In this document: positions 19,126 through 29,583 of the stretch, piece by piece | How the letters are laid out: the number at the start of each line of letters is the position of its first letter | Numbering within the stretch: the first letter of the stretch is position 1 | Origin: an uncultured Bacilli bacterium | Lineage (GTDB): Bacteria; Bacillota_I; Bacilli_A; RF39; UBA660 | NCBI GenBank assembly: GCA_947628435.1 | Contig: CANQZW010000005.1 | Location: 1-60,263, forward strand | DNA length: 60,263 bases | Direction: 5' to 3' | The notes under the pieces: model-generated | Told to the model about the DNA's origin: nothing | Seen by the model: the letters and a program-made list of their open reading frames with translations, nothing else | Database searches by the model: none | Translations under genes and position numbers: made by a program

Positions 19126-19596
19126 ATGAAAAAAAAGATAACTATAATATCTTTTCTTGCTTTTTTAATTGATCAGATAGTAAAAGTGCTAATGTTAAAA
19201 TATATAACAATAGTTAATTTAATTCCAGGCTTTTTATCTTTTATGGTCGTTAAAAATAAGGGAGTAGCATTTAGTATGTTTTGGGGTAATAGATGGTTTA
19301 TTATAATTTTTTCTATATTTTTAGTATTAGCACTAATATGGTTTTTAAATAATGAATACATATGCAAAAAAGAAGATAATTTTATTAAAAATATTGAATA
19401 TGGTATTTTATTTGGTGGTATTTTTGGAAATTTATTCGATCGCATTATAAGGGGATATGTAGTGGATTATATATCACTTAATTTTTTTGGATATTCTTTT
19501 CCAATTTTTAATTTAGCAGATATCTTTATAACGTTTGGAGTATTAATTATGCTATTTTATTCTTTGTTTGAGGAATCTTTTAAAAAAAATAAGTAG
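19126..19596 (+). CDS. lspA: lipoprotein signal peptidase II
   Basis: NKGVAFS and FNLADIFIT motifs. ATG 19126 chosen because the extended -10 TGTTATAAT (19100-08) puts the TSS near the earlier ATG. Confidence 0.9.
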   Translation: MKKKITIISFLAFLIDQIVKVLMLKYITIVNLIPGFLSFMVVKNKGVAFSMFWGNRWFIIIFSIFLVLALIWFLNNEYICKKEDNFIKNIEYGILFGGIFGNLFDRIIRGYVVDYISLNFFGYSFPIFNLADIFITFGVLIMLFYSLFEESFKKNK

Positions 19597-19659
19597 TATT
19601 GTATTTTATTTTTAAATAACATGATATAATATAGCATAGTTATTAGGAAGGAAGTTTTT

Positions 19660-20556
19660 ATGAAATTTACTATAAATATTAATGATGGTATAAGATTAGA
19701 TAAATTTTTAATTGATAAACTTGAAATATCTAGAAGTAAAATTCAAGAAATGATTAAACAAGCACTTGTTTTAGTAAATGGTAAAAAAACTAAAAATAGT
19801 TATATTTTAAAATTAAATGATGAAATTCAAATCGTTGGTAATTTAAAGATTGAAACAGATGTAAATCCAGAAAAAATGAATTTGGATATTTTATATGAAG
19901 ATGATGATTTAATGGTTATTAATAAACCTAGTGGTTTAGTTGTTCATCCTGCCTGTGGTCATTATAGTGGAACTTTGGTAAATGGGCTTTTGTATCATAC
20001 TAACAAATTAAGTTCAAATAATGGAAAAATAAGGCCAGGAATAGTTCATCGTATTGATAAAGATACATCTGGTCTTTTACTTGTTGCGAAAAATGATAAA
20101 GCACATGAAGATTTATCATTACAGTTAAAAAACAAAACGTTATCTAGAACGTATATTGCTTTAGTTAAGGGCCGCATTAATCATGATACGGGGGTAATTG
20201 ATGCACCGATAGCAAGAGACCCACATGATCGTAAGAAAATGTGTGTTGCAAAAGAAAATAGTAAAGAGGCAATAACTCATTTTAAGGTTTTACAAAGATA
20301 TAAAAATTCTAGTTTGCTAGAGTGTAAATTACAAACTGGAAGGACACATCAAATAAGAGTTCATATGGCTTATATAAATCATCCTATTATAAATGATCCA
20401 GTTTATTATAAGGGTTCAAAAGCAACTGATTTTGGACAAATGCTTCATGCAAAACAAATAAGTTTTATTCATCCTAGTACAAAAAAAACAATGACTTTTT
20501 CTTGTGATGTACCTAAGGAATTTAATGATATATTAGAAAAATATAAAAATGAGTAG
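19660..20556 (+). CDS. rluD: 23S rRNA pseudouridine synthase, RluD family
   Basis: S4 domain followed by HRIDKDTSGLLLVAK and GRTHQIRVH. Confidence 0.9.
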   Translation: MKFTININDGIRLDKFLIDKLEISRSKIQEMIKQALVLVNGKKTKNSYILKLNDEIQIVGNLKIETDVNPEKMNLDILYEDDDLMVINKPSGLVVHPACGHYSGTLVNGLLYHTNKLSSNNGKIRPGIVHRIDKDTSGLLLVAKNDKAHEDLSLQLKNKTLSRTYIALVKGRINHDTGVIDAPIARDPHDRKKMCVAKENSKEAITHFKVLQRYKNSSLLECKLQTGRTHQIRVHMAYINHPIINDPVYYKGSKATDFGQMLHAKQISFIHPSTKKTMTFSCDVPKEFNDILEKYKNE

Positions 20557-20567
20557 GAGGTATATTT

Positions 20568-21704
20568 ATGCAAGTATCTAAGCAAAAAAAAGATTTATTA
20601 GTAATGAAAATTCTTCATTATTTTATAACCCAAAAAAATTATAGCCCCGTTATCGTGCATGGCGTTCAAAATGAAATTTGGCTAGAAAATATGGATGAAG
20701 AATTTAGAATAGTTAGAATAGTTATGGGATATATTCATAATGAAGAGCAGCTTAATTATGATAATTATAAGGTAAGTAGGTTAGTAAGACAAATAAAGCT
20801 AAAGACTTTTACATTTAAAATGAACGTAATTAATTTTTATATGGATATAAATAATGATGTTGAATTAATAGATTCAAAAAATAATTTTCATATTAATGTA
20901 AAAAGTGAACTTTCTTTAAAGAAAAATAAAACTGTTAGAAATTATTTTCCAGATATGCCGTTAAAATTAACTTTTAATGAAGAAGGGGCTTTGTTATATC
21001 AAAAAATAAATAATGATATATTAAAAAAGAACATGGATCAAAGTGAGAAGATAAATGATTTATTTACTCCAAAAAAACCAGTTGTAACTAATGTTTTAAT
21101 CGGTATAATTACGTTTTTTATGATAATGATGTATTTGTTTGCAAATGGTTCAACAGACATAGAAACATTATATATGTTTGGTGGGTTAGTTAAAGATTCA
21201 AACCCGATAAGATTAATTACCAGTATCTTTTTACATATTGGAATTCTTCATTATTTAATGAATGTATGGGCACTTAAACTGTTGGGTAATCAAGTTGAAA
21301 AGTTTTATGGTCATATTAAGACTCTTTTGATTTTTATTTATAGTGGAATAATAGGAAATTTACTTACTGTTATTTTAATGAATGAAAATGTAATATCTGC
21401 TGGTGCATCTGGTGCAATATTTGGCCTTATGGGAGCAATTTTATATTTTGCAATTAATCAAAGAACTTATATGGGTGAGGCATTAAAAAAAGAAATATTA
21501 CCCGTTATAATAATAAATATATTTTTAGGATTTTTAGTTTCTGGGATAAATATGTATGCTCATATAGGAGGATTAATAGGTGGTATGTTAATTTCAAGTA
21601 CTTTAGGTATAAAGCATAAAACATCAAAATTTGAAAAAATAAACGGATGGGTATGTTCTATAATATTATTAATAGCACTTGCTTATTTAGCTTATTTTAT
21701 GTAA
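20568..21704 (+). CDS. rhomboid-family intramembrane serine protease (YqgP/GluP-like)
   Basis: Soluble N-domain, then a TM core with GASGAIFGLMG and HIGGL motifs. Confidence 0.85.
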   Translation: MQVSKQKKDLLVMKILHYFITQKNYSPVIVHGVQNEIWLENMDEEFRIVRIVMGYIHNEEQLNYDNYKVSRLVRQIKLKTFTFKMNVINFYMDINNDVELIDSKNNFHINVKSELSLKKNKTVRNYFPDMPLKLTFNEEGALLYQKINNDILKKNMDQSEKINDLFTPKKPVVTNVLIGIITFFMIMMYLFANGSTDIETLYMFGGLVKDSNPIRLITSIFLHIGILHYLMNVWALKLLGNQVEKFYGHIKTLLIFIYSGIIGNLLTVILMNENVISAGASGAIFGLMGAILYFAINQRTYMGEALKKEILPVIIINIFLGFLVSGINMYAHIGGLIGGMLISSTLGIKHKTSKFEKINGWVCSIILLIALAYLAYFM

Positions 21705-21716
21705 GGAAAAGGTATT

Positions 21717-22955
21717 ATGGTTTTATTTAAAATAATTGGTTTAATACTTATTTTAATAGGAATATTACTTATAATTATTATTAATATTTTAGCTAAAAAA
21801 AATAATAATTATCCAACATTAAAAACTAACAAACATAATTTTTGTGTTCTTATTCCTGCAAGAGATGAATCAAAAGTTATTGAGGGTTTGTTAAAAAGTA
21901 TAAAAAAACAATCATATAAAGTAGATATGAAAAACGTTTACGTGATTGTTGAGGATAAAAAAGATAAAACAATTGATATTTGTAGGCGATATAATGCTAA
22001 TTTTTTCATAAGAAAAAGACTTGATTTAAAAACAAAAGGATATGCTCTTGATGAGGGTGTAAAATATATTTTATCTTCTAAAAAAAAGTATGATGCTTAT
22101 TTTATCTTTGATGCAGATAACGTATTAGATAAAGATTACTTTAAAAATATGATACCAATATTTGATAAAGGTTATGATTTAGCTTGTGGTTATCGTAATT
22201 GTAAAAATAACAAACAAAACGTTGTTTGTGCATCATCAGAACTTACTTTTTCTGTTGTAAATACTGTTTTTAATTTTAAAAAAAATAAAAGTAGCAAAAA
22301 TATAATTTTTTCTGGTACTGGTTTTTATATAAGGGGTTATTTAATTGAAAAATGGGGTAGTTATCCTTTTCATAGCCTAACAGAAGATTACGAATTAAGT
22401 ATTTATGCAACCGTTAATAATTTAACTACATATTATAATATAAATTCAATATTTTATGATGAACAACCAATGAAATTTAAAGACACTATAAATCAAAGAA
22501 CAAGATGGATAAGAGGTTATTTTGATGTTAGAAAATTATATACTAAACAGTTAATTAAAAAAATAAAAAAAGATAATTGTAATTATGGTTCTATAATTGA
22601 TGAGACCTTTGGAATCATACCTTATGTATTTATAATATTAGGACTTATACTCTGGTTTTTCCAAATATTATTCAATCTTATATATAATCTTTTTATTCAT
22701 AATGATTTTTATAAAACCTCATTATTAGAGTTAATTATTTTTATATTTTTTATATATTTTATACTGGTATTAATAACGCTTATAATTATTATATTAGAAG
22801 GAAAGAAAATTAACTTAGATGCTAAAATTAAATTAAAAATATTATTTTATAATCCAATATTTATGATTTCTTATATTTTTTGTGCTATAAAAGCGTTAAC
22901 ATCTAAAAATATATCTTGGAAGAAAATAGAACATGGTAACGAAAAAAAGAGCTAA
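21717..22955 (+). CDS. membrane-embedded processive family-2 glycosyltransferase
   Basis: IPARDE, FDADN and QRTRWIRG (QxxRW) motifs, with flanking TM helices. Confidence 0.8.
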   Translation: MVLFKIIGLILILIGILLIIIINILAKKNNNYPTLKTNKHNFCVLIPARDESKVIEGLLKSIKKQSYKVDMKNVYVIVEDKKDKTIDICRRYNANFFIRKRLDLKTKGYALDEGVKYILSSKKKYDAYFIFDADNVLDKDYFKNMIPIFDKGYDLACGYRNCKNNKQNVVCASSELTFSVVNTVFNFKKNKSSKNIIFSGTGFYIRGYLIEKWGSYPFHSLTEDYELSIYATVNNLTTYYNINSIFYDEQPMKFKDTINQRTRWIRGYFDVRKLYTKQLIKKIKKDNCNYGSIIDETFGIIPYVFIILGLILWFFQILFNLIYNLFIHNDFYKTSLLELIIFIFFIYFILVLITLIIIILEGKKINLDAKIKLKILFYNPIFMISYIFCAIKALTSKNISWKKIEHGNEKKS

Positions 22956-22961
22956 ATTTTT

Positions 22962-23903
22962 TTAGCTCTTTAATATTTTTTCAGTATTTTTAAAATTAAG
23001 TTTAGCTGTTTTATTTAATATTTTACTTCCTTTTTCTTTTACTAATTCTTTTGCAAATGAATCAACGTTTTCTCCAGCACCTTTAGGAACCTTTTTACCT
23101 AACATTTTTGATATTTTATCCATTTGTTTAATAAAAACATATCTACTTATTAAAGAAGAACATGCAACCGATAAGCATTTGTCTTCCGCTTTAGTTGTAA
23201 AATCTATTTTTCTGTAAACATTATCACTTTCTTTTAAATAACTAAAGTAATTTTTAGGATAACAAAACTGATCTATAACTACTTTTTCATAATTATAATT
23301 ATCTTTTTTTAATAATCCTAATATAGCTTTGTTATGTAAAATTGATTTTATTTTATTCATGTTATAAGAAGGATTATTATTATATTCTTCATTAGTATAA
23401 ATAAGTGTTTCATAAGGAATTTTTTTAATTATTAAAGGTACTATTTGAAGTATTTTATCATCAGTTAATTTTTTAGAATCTTTAACACCTAATTCTTCTA
23501 AAAAAGCTATATCATCTTTTTTTACAAAGGATGCTGTAACAACAATAGGCCCAAAATAATCACCCGTACCGACCTCATCAGATCCAACTGAACTTATATA
23601 ATAGTATTTTTTTCTTTCCTCATAAAGTTCTTTTTCATCTTTTTTTTCTTTTTTCTTTTTTTCTTTTTCAACAGGCGCTTTACCATTATTAAGATGTGCT
23701 TCTATATCACGCCACATGTTAGCATCAACGTCCGCACTAATACCTTGAAAAACTACTTTACAAGATTCATAAAGAGTAATAACCGTACCACCTTCATCAG
23801 CTTGAAATATTGCATAATTAGGAGTTTTATCTCTTTTTTTATCCATATAATATTCAATCATTTTTTCTTTTGTATTTTCACTAATTTTAAATGTTATAAC
23901 CAC
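22962..23903 (-). CDS. rnhC: ribonuclease HIII
   Basis: N-terminal TBP-like domain (..ITLYESCKVVFQG) plus DEVGTGDYFGP catalytic motif; GTG start 6 nt after GGAAGTGA. Confidence 0.9.
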   Translation of the reverse strand: MVITFKISENTKEKMIEYYMDKKRDKTPNYAIFQADEGGTVITLYESCKVVFQGISADVDANMWRDIEAHLNNGKAPVEKEKKKKEKKDEKELYEERKKYYYISSVGSDEVGTGDYFGPIVVTASFVKKDDIAFLEELGVKDSKKLTDDKILQIVPLIIKKIPYETLIYTNEEYNNNPSYNMNKIKSILHNKAILGLLKKDNYNYEKVVIDQFCYPKNYFSYLKESDNVYRKIDFTTKAEDKCLSVACSSLISRYVFIKQMDKISKMLGKKVPKGAGENVDSFAKELVKEKGSKILNKTAKLNFKNTEKILKS

Positions 23904-24051
23904 CTATTATCACTTCCTATAAACATTCTAACATAAAATAATTTTATTTAAAATAAAGTACTGACAATTAATGTAAAGCTAAACTTAAAACATGTATTTT
24001 TTTAAATAAATATTATATAATATGATTAGTAAGTAAATAAGGGTGATTAAA

Positions 24052-24360
24052 ATGATAAAACAGGTTAATGAAAAAGAGTTTAACGAAGAAATAAAAAGTA
24101 AAAAAGTTTTAGTAGATTTTTATGCAACTTGGTGCGGACCATGTAAAATGCTTGCACTTGTAATGGAAAAATTTGATAAAAAAAATATTATTCCAATTAT
24201 TAAATTAGACGTAGATGAAGAAAATGAAATAGCAAATAAATATAAAGTTATGTCAATTCCAACACTTATTATTTTTGAAGATAATAAGGAAATAAAAAGA
24301 ACAACTGGATTTTTAACTCTAGAAGAATTAGAAAGGTGGGTTAATGATGAAGAAAAATAA
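24052..24360 (+). CDS. trxA: thioredoxin
   Basis: WCGPC active site, 102 aa; ATG 24052 lies 5 nt after GGGTGA. Confidence 0.9.
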   Translation: MIKQVNEKEFNEEIKSKKVLVDFYATWCGPCKMLALVMEKFDKKNIIPIIKLDVDEENEIANKYKVMSIPTLIIFEDNKEIKRTTGFLTLEELERWVNDEEK

Positions 24361-24820
24361 AGGGTTTACATTAATAGAACTTTTGGCAGTAATCGTAATT
24401 TTAGGAGTATTACTTTCGCTTAGTGCGGTTGCAGTAAATAAAATAAGAAAAAAACAAGAACAAGAAAATACTAAAAACGTAATAAGTAGTATTTTAACAG
24501 GTGCTAAAGAATACATCGGAGATCATCCAGAAGAACTAGATTTTAAACCAGCTTCAGAAGAAATGCCGAGAATTACAGTTAAAGATTTATTAAATCAAAA
24601 TTATGTTGATTTTGATCAAAATAAGTATAGTAGCCTAATAATAAGTAATGGTGGCACTGAAAGAAGAGTCGCAATTAGAAAATGTCCTGATAGTAGTACT
24701 AAATTGACGTATATATTTGATTACTATAATGATGCTAATGTTTTAACTAGATACAACGATTGTGGTTGCAGGAAACAAGAAAATGAATTATCAGAAAAAA
24801 TTTGTACAGGACTCGATTAA
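24344..24820 (+). CDS. type IV pilin / pseudopilin-like protein with prepilin methylation motif
   Basis: MMKKNKG/FTLIELLAVIVILGVLL class III signal. Overlaps the trxA 3' end by 17 nt, with the SD AGAAAGGTGGG inside trxA. Four Cys in the C-terminal region. Confidence 0.8.
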   Translation: MMKKNKGFTLIELLAVIVILGVLLSLSAVAVNKIRKKQEQENTKNVISSILTGAKEYIGDHPEELDFKPASEEMPRITVKDLLNQNYVDFDQNKYSSLIISNGGTERRVAIRKCPDSSTKLTYIFDYYNDANVLTRYNDCGCRKQENELSEKICTGLD

Positions 24821-24836
24821 TCGGGTCTTTTTTTTA
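24808..24836. terminator. bidirectional terminator (pilin / yigZ)
   Basis: AGGACTCGA-TTAA-TCGGGTCTT followed by a T-run; both convergent stop codons lie in the loop. Confidence 0.65.
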
Positions 24837-25377
24837 TTATGTAGTTATCTAATTTTTCTGGATAGTTATTTTCTTCGTATATAAATTCATATATTACGTT
24901 TTTATCAAATTCTTTATATGTTATTTTATAATCTTTTAAAATGTAATTTATGTTATTTATATCTTTATAATCAAATTCTATTTTTATTTTGTATTCTTTT
25001 ATAATTGGTATTATATTATCGTCTTTTATGGCTTCTTTTACTGAATTTGAATATGCTCTTATAAGTCCTGATGCTCCTAGTTTTATACCTCCAAAGTATC
25101 TTATTACAACTGCTAATACGTTGTTTAGGTTTTTATTTTCTAATATGTTTAGCATTGGAATACCTGCGGTATGAGATGGTTCACCATCGTCATTTGCTTT
25201 TTTTTCGCTTCCTATTATGTAAGAGTAACAATAGTGGGTTGCGTCTTTGTATTCTTTTTTTAAATTATCTATTATTTTATTTATCATTTGTTTATTATCT
25301 ACTTTATATATAAAAGTTATAAATTTTGATTTGTTTATAATAATTTCATTTTTAATATTTTCTTTTATTGTAAACAT
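24817..25377 (-). CDS. yigZ: YigZ/IMPACT-family protein
   Basis: KSKFI..ATHYCYSY..DDGEPSHTAGIPML..VVIRYFGGIKLG. The second ATG (25377) follows GGTGA plus 6 nt. Confidence 0.85.
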   Translation of the reverse strand: MFTIKENIKNEIIINKSKFITFIYKVDNKQMINKIIDNLKKEYKDATHYCYSYIIGSEKKANDDGEPSHTAGIPMLNILENKNLNNVLAVVIRYFGGIKLGASGLIRAYSNSVKEAIKDDNIIPIIKEYKIKIEFDYKDINNINYILKDYKITYKEFDKNVIYEFIYEENNYPEKLDNYIIKKRPD

Positions 25378-25467
25378 ATAATAAATCACCAAAAACATTA
25401 TAAATGATTATTTTATTTTTAGCAATTATGTTATATAATGTTAATATGAAGAAAATGGAGATAACGC

Positions 25468-26865
25468 ATGATTAATATAAAAACTGATTCTAGAAAAGTT
25501 AAAAAAGGTGATATTTTTGTTGCACTAAGGGGAATTGTTGGTGATGGGCATGATTTTATTCCCAAGGCAATAGAAAACGGAGCATCTAAGATAATTGCAG
25601 AAGAGGGAAAGTATGACGTTGATTTTGAAATAGTAAAGGATACTAGAGAGTATCTTAATAATTATTTAAAAGAAAATTATAATAAGTATTTAGATGAGAT
25701 GCACATAATTGGAATAACTGGTACTAATGGTAAAACAACTGGAGCTTATTTATTGTATGATGCTTTAAATAAATTAGATAAAAAGTGTTGTTATATTGGT
25801 ACTATCGGTTATTTTAAAGAAACCAAAGTAATGGATATGGCAAATACAACGCCTGAGATAACAGAAATATATGATATGTTAATTAGTGCTTATGATGATG
25901 GTTATAGATATGCTGTTATAGAAGCATCAAGTGAGGGTTTGTTACATAAAAGGTTAGAAACTCTTTCGTTCGAATATGCTATTTTTACTAATTTAACTCA
26001 AGATCATTTAAACATACATGGTACTATGGAAAATTATGCTAAGTGTAAACAAAAGCTATTTAATCAATTAAGAGCAGGCGGAAAAGCAATAATTAATTAT
26101 GATGATCCTAATAAAGATAAGTTTATGTTTGATTATAATACTAACATAACTTATGGTTTTACTGGTGGTGATTATAAGGTAATTGATTATCAGATGAGTA
26201 TTATGGGAACCAGTTTTACTTTTACATCAGACGGTGTTAAACAAAACATTAAAGTGCCTTTAATTGGTAAATATAACATATATAACGTTTTAACAACGAT
26301 TATAATGTTACACGAACTAGGTGTTAGTTACTCAGATATTTATGATACGTTAATGATAATTGATACTCCAAAGGGAAGAATGGATATGATTGAGTATAAA
26401 AATAATAGAATAATCGTTGATTATGCTCATACTCCAGATGCTGTTTTAAACGTAATTAGTACCGTAAAAGAAATTTGTGATGGTCATATTTATACTGTTT
26501 TTGGTTGTACTGGTGATAGGGATAGAACCAAAAGACCTATTATGACTAAAATAGTAACCAATTTAAGTGATAAAGCAATAATTACTTGTGATGACGTACA
26601 TAATGAAGATCCAAACCAAATAGTTTCAGATATGATAAATAATTTACAAAATAATAATTATGAAATTGAATTAGATAGAAAAAAAGCTATAATTAAAGGG
26701 ATAAATCTTTTAAAAACTAATGATGTTTTACTAATTTTAGGTAAAGGTCATGAAGAGGTTATGATTATAAAAGATAATAAAAGAATTCCTTTTAATGATA
26801 AAAGGGTAGTTTTAGATTATCTTGAAACCAAAAGTGTTATTAAAATAGAAAAAATTAATGATTAG
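25468..26865 (+). CDS. murE: UDP-MurNAc-L-Ala-D-Glu:diamino-acid ligase MurE
   Basis: GITGTNGKTT P-loop, Mur ligase central and C-terminal domains (VDYAHTPDA, GCTGDRDRTKRP). Confidence 0.9.
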   Translation: MINIKTDSRKVKKGDIFVALRGIVGDGHDFIPKAIENGASKIIAEEGKYDVDFEIVKDTREYLNNYLKENYNKYLDEMHIIGITGTNGKTTGAYLLYDALNKLDKKCCYIGTIGYFKETKVMDMANTTPEITEIYDMLISAYDDGYRYAVIEASSEGLLHKRLETLSFEYAIFTNLTQDHLNIHGTMENYAKCKQKLFNQLRAGGKAIINYDDPNKDKFMFDYNTNITYGFTGGDYKVIDYQMSIMGTSFTFTSDGVKQNIKVPLIGKYNIYNVLTTIIMLHELGVSYSDIYDTLMIIDTPKGRMDMIEYKNNRIIVDYAHTPDAVLNVISTVKEICDGHIYTVFGCTGDRDRTKRPIMTKIVTNLSDKAIITCDDVHNEDPNQIVSDMINNLQNNNYEIELDRKKAIIKGINLLKTNDVLLILGKGHEEVMIIKDNKRIPFNDKRVVLDYLETKSVIKIEKIND

Positions 26866-26929
26866 ATTTGACAATATCATATTTTTTTGGTATTGTATAA
26901 AACCGTGCAAACAAAATAGGGGGATTTTA

Positions 26930-27772
26930 ATGAGTAGTAAAATGATAAAAAATAAAAAAAGTGATAAAAAAATAGTAGATCAACTTATATTAGATAATTT
27001 ACATTTAGTAAAAGAGCAATTAAATGAGTCAAATTGTGCTAACAATATAAAAGAAGATGTTATGCAAGAAGGGATTTTACTATTAACTTCCTTGATAAAT
27101 GAGTATGTTAATAGTAATATTGATTGTAGTTTACCTAATTATTTAGAAAATAACTTAAGAGTAAACTTTCAATCAATAATTAATAAAAATAAAAATCAAA
27201 GCAAACTTTATTTTAATAATTCAAGTTATACTAATGATTTTCAAAGAAAAATAGAAGATAATGAAATAGCAGAAAAATTGAAAATGTATATTCTTAATAC
27301 TAATGAATTAACTTTTATGCAAAGAACGGTTTTAATGGCTAAGTTAGGATTTATTAATGATTATGAGGTAAGTTTTAAAAATCTTGCAGATTCATTTAAT
27401 TGTACTTATAGTAATATTCATGCTAAGTATGTTGATTCTGTTGGGAAGTTATCAAAAGTAAAGAATTTAGATAAGAAGTGCTGTGAATTTAATGGTTATC
27501 CAAATTTCTTTGATTATTTTAATACTTGTAAAGAAGTTGTTCTTGATACCTTAAAAACACTTCCTTTAGAAGAGGTAAAATTATTAAAGATGGTATGGAA
27601 AGATGATTTCTCATCTATGAATGATCCTAAGAATATTAATATGAGTGAAGATGAAATAAAACAATATTATAATGTAATTGGTAAATTATCTAATTATTTT
27701 AATGATTTAGAAATAACTGATGAATTAATGAATAGGTTAGGTATTAGTTGCTGCTATGTCTTAAAAAAGTAA
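26930..27772 (+). CDS. divergent sigma-70-like / HTH protein
   Basis: LILDNLHLVKE (region-2-like) and LTFMQRTVLMAKLGF..SFKNLADSFNCTYSNIHAKYVDSVGKL (region-4-like HTH). ATG 26930 follows SD AGGGGGA. The upstream part of the track ORF overlaps a TTGACA promoter at the murE end. Confidence 0.4.
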   Translation: MSSKMIKNKKSDKKIVDQLILDNLHLVKEQLNESNCANNIKEDVMQEGILLLTSLINEYVNSNIDCSLPNYLENNLRVNFQSIINKNKNQSKLYFNNSSYTNDFQRKIEDNEIAEKLKMYILNTNELTFMQRTVLMAKLGFINDYEVSFKNLADSFNCTYSNIHAKYVDSVGKLSKVKNLDKKCCEFNGYPNFFDYFNTCKEVVLDTLKTLPLEEVKLLKMVWKDDFSSMNDPKNINMSEDEIKQYYNVIGKLSNYFNDLEITDELMNRLGISCCYVLKK

Positions 27773-27816
27773 AAGACATAGTTTTTTTATGCTATAATGT
27801 ATTTAGGTGATTTATT

Positions 27817-29583
27817 ATGGATAAGATAAGTGAAAAGTTAAAATTATTAACAACCAATCCAGGATGTTATTTAATGAAAGATACTAAAGGAAATATAATA
27901 TATGTTGGTAAAGCTAAGAATTTAAAAAGAAGGGTATCATCATATTTTAATAGAGAGCATACCGGCAAGACAAAGGCTTTGGTTGAAAAAATAAATGATT
28001 TTGAATACATAGTAACAGAAAGTGAAGTAGAATCATTATTACTTGAAATCAACTTGATAAAAAAGTATTCACCAAAATATAATATATTATTAAAAGATAA
28101 TAAATCTTATCCATATATACAAATAACTAATGATGTTTATCCTAGATTAATCATTTCAAGGCCAAGAAAAATAAAAAATCATAAAGGCAAGTTATTTGGT
28201 CCTTATCCTAATGCAAATGCTGCAAGAAAAACAGTAGAATTATTAAATAGAATTTATCCTTTTAGAAAATGTAATACTATGCAAAAAAAATTATGTTTAT
28301 ATTATCACATAGGACAATGTTTAGGTTATTGTGAGAAAAAGATTGATAAAAAAGTAATTAAAAACATGGTAGATGAAGTATCTAGTTTTTTAAAGGGCAA
28401 TTATGATGAGGTAAGAAATAAAATAAAAGATTTAATGAATATCGCATCAAATAATCTAAACTTTGAAAGAGCAATTGAATATAGGCAAATGTTAGAGTAT
28501 ATAGATAAAGTTTTAGAAAAACAAAAAATTAGTTTAAATGATAATATAACAAGGGATGTAATAAATTATTACGTTAAAAATGATTATATATCTTTTCAAG
28601 TTCTTCATCTAAGAGATGGAAAAATAAACATGCGTGATGGAGAGGTGTTTGCTTTAATAGATGATATAGAAGATACTTTATCTTATTTTGTAACCAGTTT
28701 TTATGATAATAAAGAAATTCCAAAAGAGATATTAGTTAGTGATGATTTTGATTTAGAACTTTTAAGTAAAGCATTAAATACAAAAGTTATTATTCCTCAA
28801 AAAGGAATAAAGAAAAAATTGGTTGATATGGCTTATGATAATGCTAAAATTGTTTTGGAAGAAAAATTCGAACTTATAATAAGAGATGAAAAAAGAACTT
28901 TTGATGCTAATGATGCTCTTGGAAAAATCATTGGTATAAATAATTTAAAAAGAATTGAAATGTTTGATAATGCACATTTATTTGGTACTTTTACAGTAAG
29001 TGGTATGGTTGTTTTTATAAATGGTAAACCTGATAAAAAAGAGTACCGAAAATATAAAATAACATCAGATAGTAAAGATGATTATCATACGATGAAAGAA
29101 GTAATTTACAGAAGATATTATAGGGTACTTCATGATAAATTAGAAAAACCTGATTTAATTATTGTTGATGGTGGAATAATACAAGTTAATGCCGCAAAAG
29201 AAGTATTAGATAGTTTATATTTAGATATTCCAATATTAGGACTTAAAAAAAATGATAAACATACTACTACCGCATTAATAAGTGATAAAAAAGAATATAT
29301 GATAGATAAAACCTCAGACGTTTTTCATCTTTTAACTAGAATTCAAGATGAGGTGCATAGATATACAATAAATTATCATAAAGATATTAGAAGTAAAGGT
29401 AGTTTATCAAGTATTTTAGATAACGTACCAGGTATTGGAGAAAAAAGAAAAAAGCAATTACTTAAAAAATATAAAACAATAACTAAATTAAAAAGTTTAT
29501 CTAAAGAAGAATTAGAAGGTATTTTACCATCAAAAGTAGCTTTAGAATTGTATAATTTTTTAAAAGAATATAAAAATAAATAG
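27817..29583 (+). CDS. uvrC: excinuclease ABC subunit C
   Basis: GIY-YIG (GCYLMKD..IIYVGKAKNLKRR), UVR domain, C-terminal HhH. Confidence 0.95.
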   Translation: MDKISEKLKLLTTNPGCYLMKDTKGNIIYVGKAKNLKRRVSSYFNREHTGKTKALVEKINDFEYIVTESEVESLLLEINLIKKYSPKYNILLKDNKSYPYIQITNDVYPRLIISRPRKIKNHKGKLFGPYPNANAARKTVELLNRIYPFRKCNTMQKKLCLYYHIGQCLGYCEKKIDKKVIKNMVDEVSSFLKGNYDEVRNKIKDLMNIASNNLNFERAIEYRQMLEYIDKVLEKQKISLNDNITRDVINYYVKNDYISFQVLHLRDGKINMRDGEVFALIDDIEDTLSYFVTSFYDNKEIPKEILVSDDFDLELLSKALNTKVIIPQKGIKKKLVDMAYDNAKIVLEEKFELIIRDEKRTFDANDALGKIIGINNLKRIEMFDNAHLFGTFTVSGMVVFINGKPDKKEYRKYKITSDSKDDYHTMKEVIYRRYYRVLHDKLEKPDLIIVDGGIIQVNAAKEVLDSLYLDIPILGLKKNDKHTTTALISDKKEYMIDKTSDVFHLLTRIQDEVHRYTINYHKDIRSKGSLSSILDNVPGIGEKRKKQLLKKYKTITKLKSLSKEELEGILPSKVALELYNFLKEYKNK

